DNA of 64,000 nucleotides from Phoronis australis (lineage: Eukaryota; Animalia; Phoronida), in assembly GCA_002633005.1 (NCBI GenBank), contig NMRA01000715.1, positions 90,971 to 154,970 of the forward strand, in the 5' to 3' direction. Shown piece after piece: positions 39,641 through 50,308 of the stretch. Below the pieces are notes generated by a model that had not been told where the DNA came from, did not search any database, and was given only the letters and a program-made list of their open reading frames with translations. Position 1 is the stretch's first letter, and each line of letters begins with the position of its first letter. The position numbers and the translations under genes were made by a program.

Positions 39641-40984
39641 AAGATGACGTTTTGTAGACCGAGCTTGTTGCTTACATTTGGTTAAAGGGAAATTATCCAT
39701 GTTATATCTGAAAACAAAATTGACATTAATGTTGGATGGGGTACACTTCTTGAAGCTGTCGGCTTTGATCTGGGCTATAAAGCAACAAAATGCGTTGTGT
39801 TTTTGTGATTTTGTATCCAATTGCCAATTCTCGTTGTTTGTCAGACATTCCGTGAGACCAAGGTTGGTGACTTAACCAGTTAAACACGCTTAAAAGACTG
39901 CCATTTATAGGTTGAAGTTCTTTGAAACAGCACTGATGCCACTGTGATCTCTGAGGTTGTGAATAAGATTCCACATTTCGGCTGATCTCAGTAAACCACT
40001 TTTCTAATGGACAGTGTTACTTTAATGGAAGACAGTNNNNNNNNNNNNNNNNNNNNNNNNNNNNNNNNNNNNNNNNNNNNNNNNNNNNNNNNNNNNNNNN
40101 NNNNNNNNNNNNNNNNNNNNNNNNNNNNNNNNNNNNNNNNNNNNNNNNNNNNNNNNNNNNNNNNNNNNNNNNNNNNNNNNNNNNNNNNNNNNNNNNNNNN
40201 NNNNNNNNNNNNNNNNNNNNNNNNNNNNNNNNNNNNNNNNNNNNNNNNNNNNNNNNNNNNNNNNNNNNNNNNNNNNNNNNNNNNNNNNNNNNNNNNNNNN
40301 NNNNNNNNNNNNNNNNNNNNNNNNNNNNNNNNNNNNNNNNNNNNNNNNNNNNNNNNNNNNNNNNNNNNNNNNNNNNNNNNNNNNNNNNNNNNNNNNNNNN
40401 NNNNNNNNNNNNNNNNNNNNNNNNNNNNNNNNNNNNNNNNNNNNNNNNNNNNNNNNNNNNNNNNNNNNNNNNNNNNNNNNNNNNNNNNNNNNNNNNNNNN
40501 NNNNNNNNNNNNNNNNNNNNNNNNNNNNNNNNNNNNNNNNNNNNNNNNNNNNNNNNNNNNNNNNNNNNNNNNNNNNNNNNNNNNNNNNNNNNNNNNNNNN
40601 NNNNNNNNNNNNNNNNNNNNNNNNNNNNNNNNNNNNNNNNNNNNNNNNNNNNNNNNNNNNNNNNNNNNNNNNNNNNNNNNNNNNNNNNNNNNNNNNNNNN
40701 NNTAATTGATATTAAAATCGGCATTGGTATTATTAAAGGAACTTTTGATCTTTTGTTTGCTGCTCTTGGTCTGTCAAATGCTTTGGAGAAATTATGAGAT
40801 GCATTGGTAGGAAAGCTAAACTTTGAAGTGTCTAAGAAGTAGGTCACACCAGTGCAGTGTGCAGTTTTAAACCATATATAAATACCTCCAGCATGACCAT
40901 TGTTATGGGTAGACACAAAACAATGTCAATAACTGACATTCAACATTTGCGTCGAGTTTGGAATTTATAATGTGGAGAACACTG

Positions 40985-43955
40985 CCACCCATTGTGTGAT
41001 TAAATTTTCAATCACACACTTTAATTGCATCATGTCAGCACCCACAAAGTAGAGATCTTGTGGCCATAATACTTTGTATGGTGCATACACATTGCAGTCA
41101 AACACAATCAGCTGGGATTGTCAATCAGTGTAAAGGGTCTAGCATATTCAGGCAATCATTCCTCAAAATTCCAGCCACGATGCCCAAAACCCATAACCTA
41201 GACCAGCAAACACCATATACTGGCACAAATCCCAGATCTGCGCTACAAATCTCCACAAACTCACCAAAAATGCTCTAAACCCAATGACCAAGTCTCTTCC
41301 CAGGGACCCACTTGACCTCACATGAACTGTTCTACAGGAGCTGGAGTATGGTCTCCAGGTACACAACATTACAGTCCTGTATGTGGAGTAAAGGGGTGTG
41401 GAATTGGAATTTGTACTGGAGGCTTGATGTTTAGTTATAGTCTGGGTTTTAGGGTCTGTAGGGGGAACATATGGGTGCAGCTGTGCATTGTAACATAACA
41501 GGTTCATGACAATGTGGTTAGCACTTAATATCAGGTGAGGTAACTGGATTAAAGTGAGCCAAAAAGATGGTGTGAATTTCATTTACCCTCCACTTGGTGT
41601 TCACCCAAACTCAAACTGGTGTTATAACAGAAAGCTACATCATATAGCCAAACCCATTACCTAAGGCCTTACCTCAAATATGCCCAGACAATAAATAAGG
41701 AAACTTGTAAGATACAATCAAATGGAGCATCACAAAGAGTGCTTCCTAAAGCAGACTATGTCATTATGTTAGTGTTGTAATGTCTGGATTCTGGACCCTG
41801 GGCTTTTGGTGTTGCATAACACTTTACTGGTAGCTATATAATCCTGTATTTTAAATTGGTGTGGAGTTGGAATTGAACAGTTTTTGCTTAAATCCTAACT
41901 TGAATAAAATCAACAGGGTAATTTTTAGAGGCATAAAACAAATAGCAGTGGCGGCTTTTGGGGGGGGGGAGGCACTAGGGAGCCACGGCCGTCCATAAAA
42001 ATCTCCCAGATTCCATTTGGCAGTACTCAAAATCACAATGTCAAAATTCAACAAAACCATAACTAATTAACAACCTTTCTTTTGTCCCAGAGCATCCTTC
42101 AGACAACTTCTTGACAGTTGCTGAACAGAACAAACATTGATTTTACTACGCGCTCCTTTATGGAAAAACTGGGCTTTCTTAATTGTGCTGTGCAATTTTC
42201 AATAAACTGATGTATTCTTGAAACTGTTACCTCAGCAGTGCAGGCTAAAGGTTAAAATAAGCACTTACCTGGAGCTAGACAAGAATCTCTCTGAAATTAG
42301 TTTAAGGATAATTCCTACAATCCTCTAGTGATATCAACTAATCACTCACATGAACCTCACGTGTCCAGTTATCTATTCTTATATTGACAATATTTGGTAG
42401 TGGTAAAATTGTACTACGTACCTTTTTATCAATGAATTAAACAGTGGGGTGAATTTGCCAAGTCATGCTGGAAACTAGCTCAATAGAATACCAGCAAAAC
42501 AGTGATAACAGGGAAATTGTATTAACGAGGTGTCAGTGAGAATGTGAGAGTGTGTGAATGAAGAACTGCCCATGCAGCAAGGAAATATTTTTGTTATGAG
42601 GATTGCTTACTAGAACTTTTGATGATTATCTAGCTTCTTATCACATGCAAGAGATACAAGGTCATGTGTTCGGTTTTGCATAAAACAGACACCTTAAGAC
42701 ACATTATGTGAATTCCTGACAACACATTTGCAGGTCTTCTAAGCAATTTTTGTCAGACAACAGGATTAAGTTGAGTGTGTATGATGATGGACACAAGTGA
42801 CGGATGTATGCTCTGAATTTTTTAGTATTGCAGGTTCTCGCTAAAGGGGACTTTTCATATTCATTTGGCACTCTCTAGTGTAATGAGAGCATGAAAATGA
42901 ATTCCGACTGATACCGACTCAGATTTGATGGACAGAAATTCAATTACTACATAGTGGTTCATTAATTTAAAAGCAGGGGAATAAATTCCAATTTTCCACT
43001 GTTTGAATATTTTATGTTCAGTAATTTATTATAGCTTTTTGACATCGACTCGGATCAAAATTCTGACGCTTTATAAGCTGCAGTCATTGGCTTTGCCATC
43101 ACGATACTTCTTTGCAGTGGGAAATGTATGAAATATGATGTACATGTTCATCCATGGATATTGCAAAAAGTTTGCCTTTTTTGTAAGACAGTAGTACATC
43201 CCTCCGCACAGCACTGAATTTCAATATGGCACGGCTACTTTGAACGTTATGAAAAACAATTCAAACTTGTGTATTTAAGCTATATATTGGTCTTTTGCTA
43301 AAGATTCAATTTTTAATTAAAATACACTGACTGACCTTTCACCTGAAATCATCAGCTCCAGTAAGCCAATGGTGGGTATTACTAGAAGATTTTAATTTTT
43401 CAACACAACTTGGTTAAAGATACAAAACAACTGGTTCTGTTTGGTTTAGTTAACTGCAGAGGGCATTCATATTTTGATCCAAGACAAAGGTGGTGTCTTG
43501 CAGTGTAAACACAGACACTAAATTATATCAAAAAGAAGATTTTGATTTTGGAATAAGTGGAGATCTCCAGAAAAAATACTCAAATGCTGGTCGTTATTAG
43601 TAATTAGCTTGGTTAGCTTTTCATTCAGCTTTTTAACTCGATGAATAAACAAGCTTTTGTCCAATAATGTATACCATGTATTATACATTGCAAAGTTAAT
43701 AAAATTGGTTTCATTACTATCATAACAATGACAAAAATATGATATCTGCACCTGATGACAAGGTAAAAAACAATATTTTCAATGCTTTCATACAAAATAA
43801 ATACACAACCACAACATAAGACAATGTGTCGTGTAAAACAAGGGTAGAAATGTCCATTCCAAATATTACAACAGGCGAGTCGAGCTAAGTTCCTTGGGTA
43901 TGCTATGCTCAGAAAACTGCATGTTAAACACTTTTTCATATCGCATGTTAATGCT
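40985..43955. repeat. ~2.9-kb direct duplication, copy 2; forms the 3' flank/arm of the piggyBac transposase
   Basis: Matches 35006-37929. Confidence 0.9.
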
Positions 43956-46900
43956 GTATTAGTATACCGGGTATAAATGATTGTACTTATTATCCATACT
44001 AACCAAAACTAAATTTTGATATTGTATGACATAACTATGGTCTAATTTTCACATCCACAGGTATTTCAAGGTGTGTCCAGGTGTGTCAAATTGCAGTTAT
44101 GCATCTTCAGCACCTTGCTGTTCATCGTAATATGCTTTTTCGTAATTCCTATAGCTATGATACAACCTGAAGCATGGCACAACACACAGTGTCTTTTTAC
44201 AGACATTGCACTGGTAAGACGATTCTCTACCGGGCCTTTTTCGCTTCTCCCCTACTCTTGATAAACGCTTCCGTTCAGCAGGTTGACACACAGCACAGGC
44301 TCGAGAAATGTTTTTCTTAGTACCTGTGCCTACGATACGCTCTGGGAAGTGTTTACCATGAAGACGGAGAAGAGGCTCACCCGAGGATCGCCTACCGACA
44401 AAAGAAGAAGGATGTATTACATCGTCATCAACAGATGCAATTATGCCACTAATTAGTTTTTGCCTGAACTGACGATGCAGCAGTGGAACACGATCAGAGG
44501 TTACGGATTTGTACACCAGATACGCATTCAGTACAGATAATGATAAAACATGAAATATGACCCTCTTCCACCATTTAAGGGTTCGAGCATTAAAGGTAGA
44601 ATAGCTGACCATTTGGTCAGAGCGATCTACTCCACCCATGAATTTATCATATGTTATCACTACTGCTGGCTTCTCTATAGGGGTTTGGTCACGTGGATTT
44701 GTTTTGCCAGTTGTTATTTTGCTACCTTTATCAACAGTTGTTAATAAATAGACTACTTTTCTGTCATGGAATTTTACGAGTAATAAGTTATTGTTATGTA
44801 CACAAAATATATCTCCCTTATTGAGTTTCTTTTCTTTCACGAATTGGGGCACACCGCGTCGATTTTGACAAAGAGTTCCTGTAGCACCGCATCCTAACTT
44901 CCACAGATCTTCATAAAGTTTGATGGAACTATAATAATTATCCATGAATAAAATATAGCCTTGCCCAAAGTATCCTCGCATCAAATCCATTACTAGATCA
45001 TATGTTGCTCCGTCTTCAGAAGGGGGTGTTTCGCTTTTGCCAGAATACAGTTTGAATTTTGAACAATATCCAGTTACAGCATCACAAATCTTGTAGGCTT
45101 TTATTCCATATTTTTTTGGTTTGTCAGGGTTATACACTCTAAAAGATAAATTTCCTTTCCAAGGCACCACTCCTTCGTCTAATGAGAGCTGCTGATGTGG
45201 TGTATATACAGAATGAAAGCGGGAAATAATGTTCTGGTATAATGATCCAAGTTTGTGCAATGGGTTGAATCCAGGTAGGCCACGGCGAATTTGGTTGGCA
45301 TCATCTGCGAGGTGGAAAAATGACATAAGCAGCCAAAATCTGTCCCGAGACATACATTTTCGAAAAAAAGGAGTTTCGCAAACCTCATCAGTTGTCCAGT
45401 ATGAAGACAAATCCAGTTGGACAACTAGTCCCATCGCGATTGTCATTGCGAGAAACACCTTCATTTCCTGCCAGGTCGTATCTCGCCACTTTTTAAGCCG
45501 GGAATTCCCCTTCAACTGATCTTGATTTTTAGCGAGTTCGTCAGCGGCGTACCTGTTAGTTTCTGCAGCCATCTCTCTAAAATCATCGTCAGTGACGAAT
45601 AAGTTAAAAAAATCGAGCGGCTGGGGATCTTCAGGCAGCTGAATTCCCGTAGCTAAACCAGGAGTCGCGGAAAACCCCAGATAGGTGGGGTCGCGATCGC
45701 CTTCAATCCAATCTGCCTTGGGGCCACCAGGCAAGTCCAGTTCGTCATCGGACGAATCTTCATTATTTTCACTTTCAAACCCTTCAAATTCCTCTCCACT
45801 TTCAGCATCATTAAAGATTTCGGTGAAGTTTCCAAATTCAGGTAAGTCAGACGCCATTCTTAAAAGTGGAAATATTGTATCGGAGTAATTCCGTGAAAAG
45901 GTCAACCTAGAGGCAAAAAATTAAAATTGTGACTAAACTTATATTTTTGGTCTCATCTGAAAGCCCAGTCTCTCTAGTTTCATGGCCCATATTCAACTGT
46001 CCAATATTTGAGGTCACTTGACCCAAAAAATTAGCTGACATTATTTAATGCATCACTTTAAAATTGAAAAGAAGGAATGAGTTAAAGAGCTGTGGATATA
46101 AAGATAATCATACTAACGACTAAATAACGACCAACATTTGACAAGTTTATTAGCTCCACATATTCCTAAATCATAATCCTAAATGTAACTGTATCTTAAT
46201 TAATGTCTTGTTTTCAAACTGGAAGACAACACAGTGTCTTGAATGAATGCCAATATGAAGTTGATGCTGTCAATTAAACCATGCTGAGCAAGTGGTCTGC
46301 TGGACAATTTGTTATGACAAGATACTGAAGTCCTGTTTACGAATACTTTTAAACATCAACTTTGAGCATACGTCAGAACTATTAAAAACATAGCCCAGAA
46401 AATAAGTTTGCACAAGCTGAGGGTGAGTTTTAATTTAAAAAAAAAAAATAATTAAAATGCGTTTTTATTACAAAGATCAGTAGTAATTTTTAAACTTGAT
46501 TTCACATTTTATACTTTGACAATCACATTTACTTATTAACTTTAAACTATATTCTACTTAATGCATAAAAACAGTTTTCCTGCTAACCAACAGTCCTTAA
46601 ATACAAAATGGTTAGTCTCATTCTCTTTGAAGCTCAGTGAGGATTTTAGGAGGTTTTTTATCATTAATCAATGTATTGAGAAGTTAAAATCATGGAGTGC
46701 ATTCCCACGATAGGCCTACTTGTGATGACTTTGTCAAAAGGTCAATCGGTGCATTTTGATTGAAAAACATTGAATCAGAAGCAAAAGACCAATTCGGCTT
46801 AAGTACTGCAAAAGTTAGAATTTTTGTGAATTGATATCTTAGTTACAACAAACAATTTAATACTAAAATTCAGAGTGTACATCCTTTATGTATGTCCCTC

Positions 46901-47365
46901 ACACTCACTCCACTTACATCGACAAAAATTTCTTAGAAAATATCATCAAAAAAATTAATGAGTTGTACTTTGCAAACATTCCACTAAATCATCATATAAA
47001 ACAAAAATTGTAACTAAATGCGTCTCACAGAAACTTAATGTTGAATTTTTTTTTCAAAAATTCAAATACTCTGCGTACGTCCATCACAGCCATTTAGAGA
47101 CTATTTTCTCAGTCAGGAAAAAATAGGAGAAAATTTGATACATGTTTTGAAAGCTATAGATGAGATCTAACAATTGATGTATTATTTATTATTATTTTCC
47201 TTTTTTTTGTATCTTCAACATCTCTTGACCAATCTGACTGAAATTTGTTATATGAACAGATCTTTTCAAGCACTACCAGCATTACGAACCCATTTCTTGC
47301 TATGACTAACATTCTCACGATATTCGAGATTTACTTATCAGATGACTGCTCTTTTGTTGACTAAA
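42480..47365 (-). mobile_element. piggyBac-like element body with long, patchy inverted arms; true termini not found
   Basis: Blocks in 46080-47365 are diverged reverse complements of blocks in 42480-43640: 46080-46280 vs 43440-43640, 46700-46810 vs 43270-43380, and 46860-46940 vs 42736-42830. The right arm is cut by the MITE at 47369. Confidence 0.55.
44097..45857 (-). CDS. Intact piggyBac transposase (PGBD4-like), 586 aa from the ATG at 45857
   Basis: Uninterrupted ORF, open from 45905. Acidic N-terminus and catalytic DDD (LSLDEG, FMDNYY, GGVDRSD). Also YNPDKPKKYGIK, KWWKRVIF and the C-terminal Cys-rich domain RACAVC...RESSYQCNVCKKTLCVVPCFRLYH. Confidence 0.95.
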   Translation of the reverse strand: MASDLPEFGNFTEIFNDAESGEEFEGFESENNEDSSDDELDLPGGPKADWIEGDRDPTYLGFSATPGLATGIQLPEDPQPLDFFNLFVTDDDFREMAAETNRYAADELAKNQDQLKGNSRLKKWRDTTWQEMKVFLAMTIAMGLVVQLDLSSYWTTDEVCETPFFRKCMSRDRFWLLMSFFHLADDANQIRRGLPGFNPLHKLGSLYQNIISRFHSVYTPHQQLSLDEGVVPWKGNLSFRVYNPDKPKKYGIKAYKICDAVTGYCSKFKLYSGKSETPPSEDGATYDLVMDLMRGYFGQGYILFMDNYYSSIKLYEDLWKLGCGATGTLCQNRRGVPQFVKEKKLNKGDIFCVHNNNLLLVKFHDRKVVYLLTTVDKGSKITTGKTNPRDQTPIEKPAVVITYDKFMGGVDRSDQMVSYSTFNARTLKWWKRVIFHVLSLSVLNAYLVYKSVTSDRVPLLHRQFRQKLISGIIASVDDDVIHPSSFVGRRSSGEPLLRLHGKHFPERIVGTGTKKNISRACAVCQPAERKRLSRVGEKRKRPGRESSYQCNVCKKTLCVVPCFRLYHSYRNYEKAYYDEQQGAEDA

Positions 47366-47368
47366 TTA

Positions 47369-47950
47369 CACAGGCATCCTCAGCTTTTGATCGTCCCCAA
47401 TACACTATATAATACTACAAGGTATGACACTCTGGAGTAGAAATTCCACGGGTGCTTCACTTCAGTTGTCCAAAGCAAGCATAAAACTCAAAAAAATTAC
47501 ACAAAACAGAGGTTCCACAAACCAAGAGGAATAGTTCTTTCTCCTAATACCATTTACGGTGTCCTGCTCCACCGAGTTCGCAAGAAATTCGCGGTCAAAG
47601 CACAAAAATCTTCCCAAAAACCACGTCCGGAGCAACTCCTTGGTCCCACGCGCAGGCTACGGAATTAATCAATGAGTTACGGATGTACGATAATTGCCAA
47701 TTCATCACGGAAAGTCATGGCATCGACAACTCGGCTATTGCCATTCATCCGTAACTCATCCGATTATTCCATACCCTACGCGTAGAACGAAGGAGTTGCT
47801 CCAGACGAGCTCTTTGGGAAGATTTTTGTGCTTTAACCGCGAATTTCTTTTGAACTTGGTGTGAGCAGGACACTGTAAATGGTATTGGGAGAAAGAACAA
47901 TTCCTCATGGTTTGTTGAACCTCTGTTTTGTGTAAATTTATTGAGATTTA
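47369..47950. mobile_element. CACAGG-family foldback MITE, right end truncated
   Basis: Starts CACAGGCATCCTCAGCTTTTGATCGTCCCCAATACAC. 47485-47685 is inverted relative to 47745-47950. Confidence 0.8.
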
Positions 47951-48528
47951 TGAATGATTTTGGTATCGTTGCATTCCTCAGACATCTGGCTATCCGTACA
48001 AATGCTTTTCACGACCTTCAATTACTCTAGTCTATAACTACGCTGTTCCGAACTCGGTCCACTTTACTCTTTAGCCACGCACATCGTGAAATCGGCAGCC
48101 ATTTCAGGGAACTTACTGTATCTAGCGATATCTATCGGCGATTTGCTACAACACACGCTGTTCCTTTTTCATCAGTCAACGTCATTGGTTGATTTCGTCA
48201 ATTATTAACGACAATCGTTATTAATCATCGTACGTCTGCTATCGTCATCACCTTCGTCGTCTCTCTCACGATCGTATCTGTCATCATCATGTTATCGTCG
48301 CCCATGTTGACTGATGAAAAAGGAACAGCATGTGTTGTAGCAAATCGCCGATAGATGGTGCTAGATATAGTAAGTTCCCTGAAATGGCTGCCGATTTCAC
48401 GATGCGCGTGGCTAAAGTGGACCAAGTTCAGAATGGCGTAGTTATAGACTAGAGTAATTGAGGGTCGTGAAAAGGAATTGTACGGATCGCCAGATGTCTG
48501 AGGAATGCAGCGATACCAAAATCATTCA
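47951..48528. mobile_element. Foldback MITE with ~230-bp TIRs, flanked by TTTA
   Basis: TGAATGATTTTGGTATCG...CAGTCAAC (47951-48180) pairs with GTTGACTG...CGATACCAAAATCATTCA (48306-48528). TTTA lies at 47947-47950 and 48529-48532. Confidence 0.85.
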
Positions 48529-48991
48529 TTTAGACCTACATTTAGTGGATTTACTTGCAATAAGTTAGGGTTCATTATATCCGACTAGTGCCGCTCACCT
48601 TTAAATTTTTAATTTCTTTCACCACGTGTCGTTCTTCAGAGCACTTTCATTATATATTTTTGTTGTGACAGTCAAACAAAGTCTGCCCAAGATGCTTGTC
48701 AAGTGGCATTTGCCTATTAGACGAACGGTTTGGACTCTCGATTCTCACTCTCAGGCTGGAAAGTGAGAATCCCACCCCCCGGCCCGGTTTACTCTAGCCA
48801 GTCACTAAAAGAGTCAGTCATTCAGTGTCGGCGAATTTTTCAACAGATGTTTCGTCCTTTCATTTACAAATGTTGGCCACTATACCTTTCAACTTCATTG
48901 TTTGTTCAGGACAATCGATAAAAGTAACATTAATCCACGTTAATTACAGAACCGAACTTTAACACGAAAACTGGTGTCTGTAGATACTCAC

Positions 48992-49060
48992 CGACTGTCA
49001 CCCGTCGCAGACGTTCGAGTACAAAATTGCAGAGCAATATGTAGGTCTACAGGCAATATG
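48992..49060 (-). other. Candidate non-coding first exon of the cytochrome b561 gene
   Basis: Consensus donor CG|GTGAGTAT at 48991 in a CpG-containing patch, just before the divergently oriented AKR gene. No ATG in this segment. The 5' boundary is unknown. Confidence 0.4.
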
Positions 49061-49323
49061 TTCCGGAGTATGAATTATACGATCGATTATTAAATAAAAT
49101 TAAGGGTATGATATCATTGATAAAATGTGGGATTTAAAGTAAAATAAATGCTCTTTCCACAACATATGGCATGAAAGAAATCAAGATAGACCACTGAAGT
49201 GAAGACAAAACCCAGTTGGTTTAAATTGATCAATCGTCGAATACTAATTTATTCCTGAATAAACACAAATCAACGTGCGTGGGTGCTACTAGTCTCTAAA
49301 TCTTGCAAAGGATCAGATTTTCA

Positions 49324-49426
49324 GGTGGCCGAACGGTTTGAACGTTAAGACTCTGGTTCGATTCTTAGCCTAAGCAAACCTGAGGTCCGTACTAAGTAAC
49401 CAGGTAGTTAGCTGTATGAAGACTAC
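49324..49426 (+). mobile_element. tRNA-derived SINE-like fragment
   Basis: A-box-like TGGCCGAACGG and B-box-like GGTTCGATTCT. The 3' end TAGCTGTATGAAGACT is shared with the foldback centre (19200-19216, reverse strand). Confidence 0.45.
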
Positions 49427-50308
49427 ACAGCTTAGCACCAAGGCAAGTTTAAAGACTTAGACTGCACCGTCTCTCGCTGGCCTCTCAGACTCAGTTCAGT
49501 AGAGGTGGTGAAACTAGGAGCTTTATACGCCATGAGCTTTTCAGCGAATTTTCCCTCACACCCAGTGGCGGATCTACGGTGGGGGTTCAGGGGGTTTATC
49601 CGTCCACACTTCCAAAGTAGGCAAGCATTTTAGATGGATCCACCGCTGAAAGAGCAGTTCTACAGCTGATTACTTTAGGTTAACTAGCTTCTTTACTCTA
49701 AAATATGTTTTGATTTAATTTAAGGGAAATACTGTGGTGCCGCAACCTTGATATTCAGGCGAATTGACGTGCAACGTTTTTACCTCACCTGTCATGCTGT
49801 GTCATTCTGTTACACTCCACACGTTTGTAACTGAGTCATGTATAGTAAAGTTGTCTTGCGCAATATCATACAGTGTAAAATACATGTAATATTTTTGAAA
49901 AAAATTCTTTTCCCGAAGAATTGCTATTGTGTCGGGCGCCGTGATCTGGTCGCGACTCCGTTTGTTCATCATATCATGAGATAACCCTTGAAACCATCTA
50001 CTTTGCAGACTAATCGCATCAAGTCTACAATTTGAAAGTAATCAGTTAAGCAAATGAATATTGTAAATCTTGGTGGGATTTGGGATAAAAACTCATGCTG
50101 ATGTACTGGTGCAAGCTTTCTTTTGTGGATTAGTTTTTCATAGGGTAGAGGATGTATTAGCAGTACCCTCGCTCAGCTCAGGGGAAAGGTGTGCCTTCTG
50201 AGATCAATTTTTTAATGGTCTATACCAAAAATTCCACATTGTTATCTAACTTTTAGTTTGTTTTGCTGATTTAAAGTTCTGTTTTTGGTTCCAGTGGATC
50301 CTTTGAGA

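Noticed and set aside
48720-49430. Functional tRNA genes
   Set aside because: Only partial A/B-box-like motifs with no cloverleaf or acceptor stem. Treated as SINE-like remnants.
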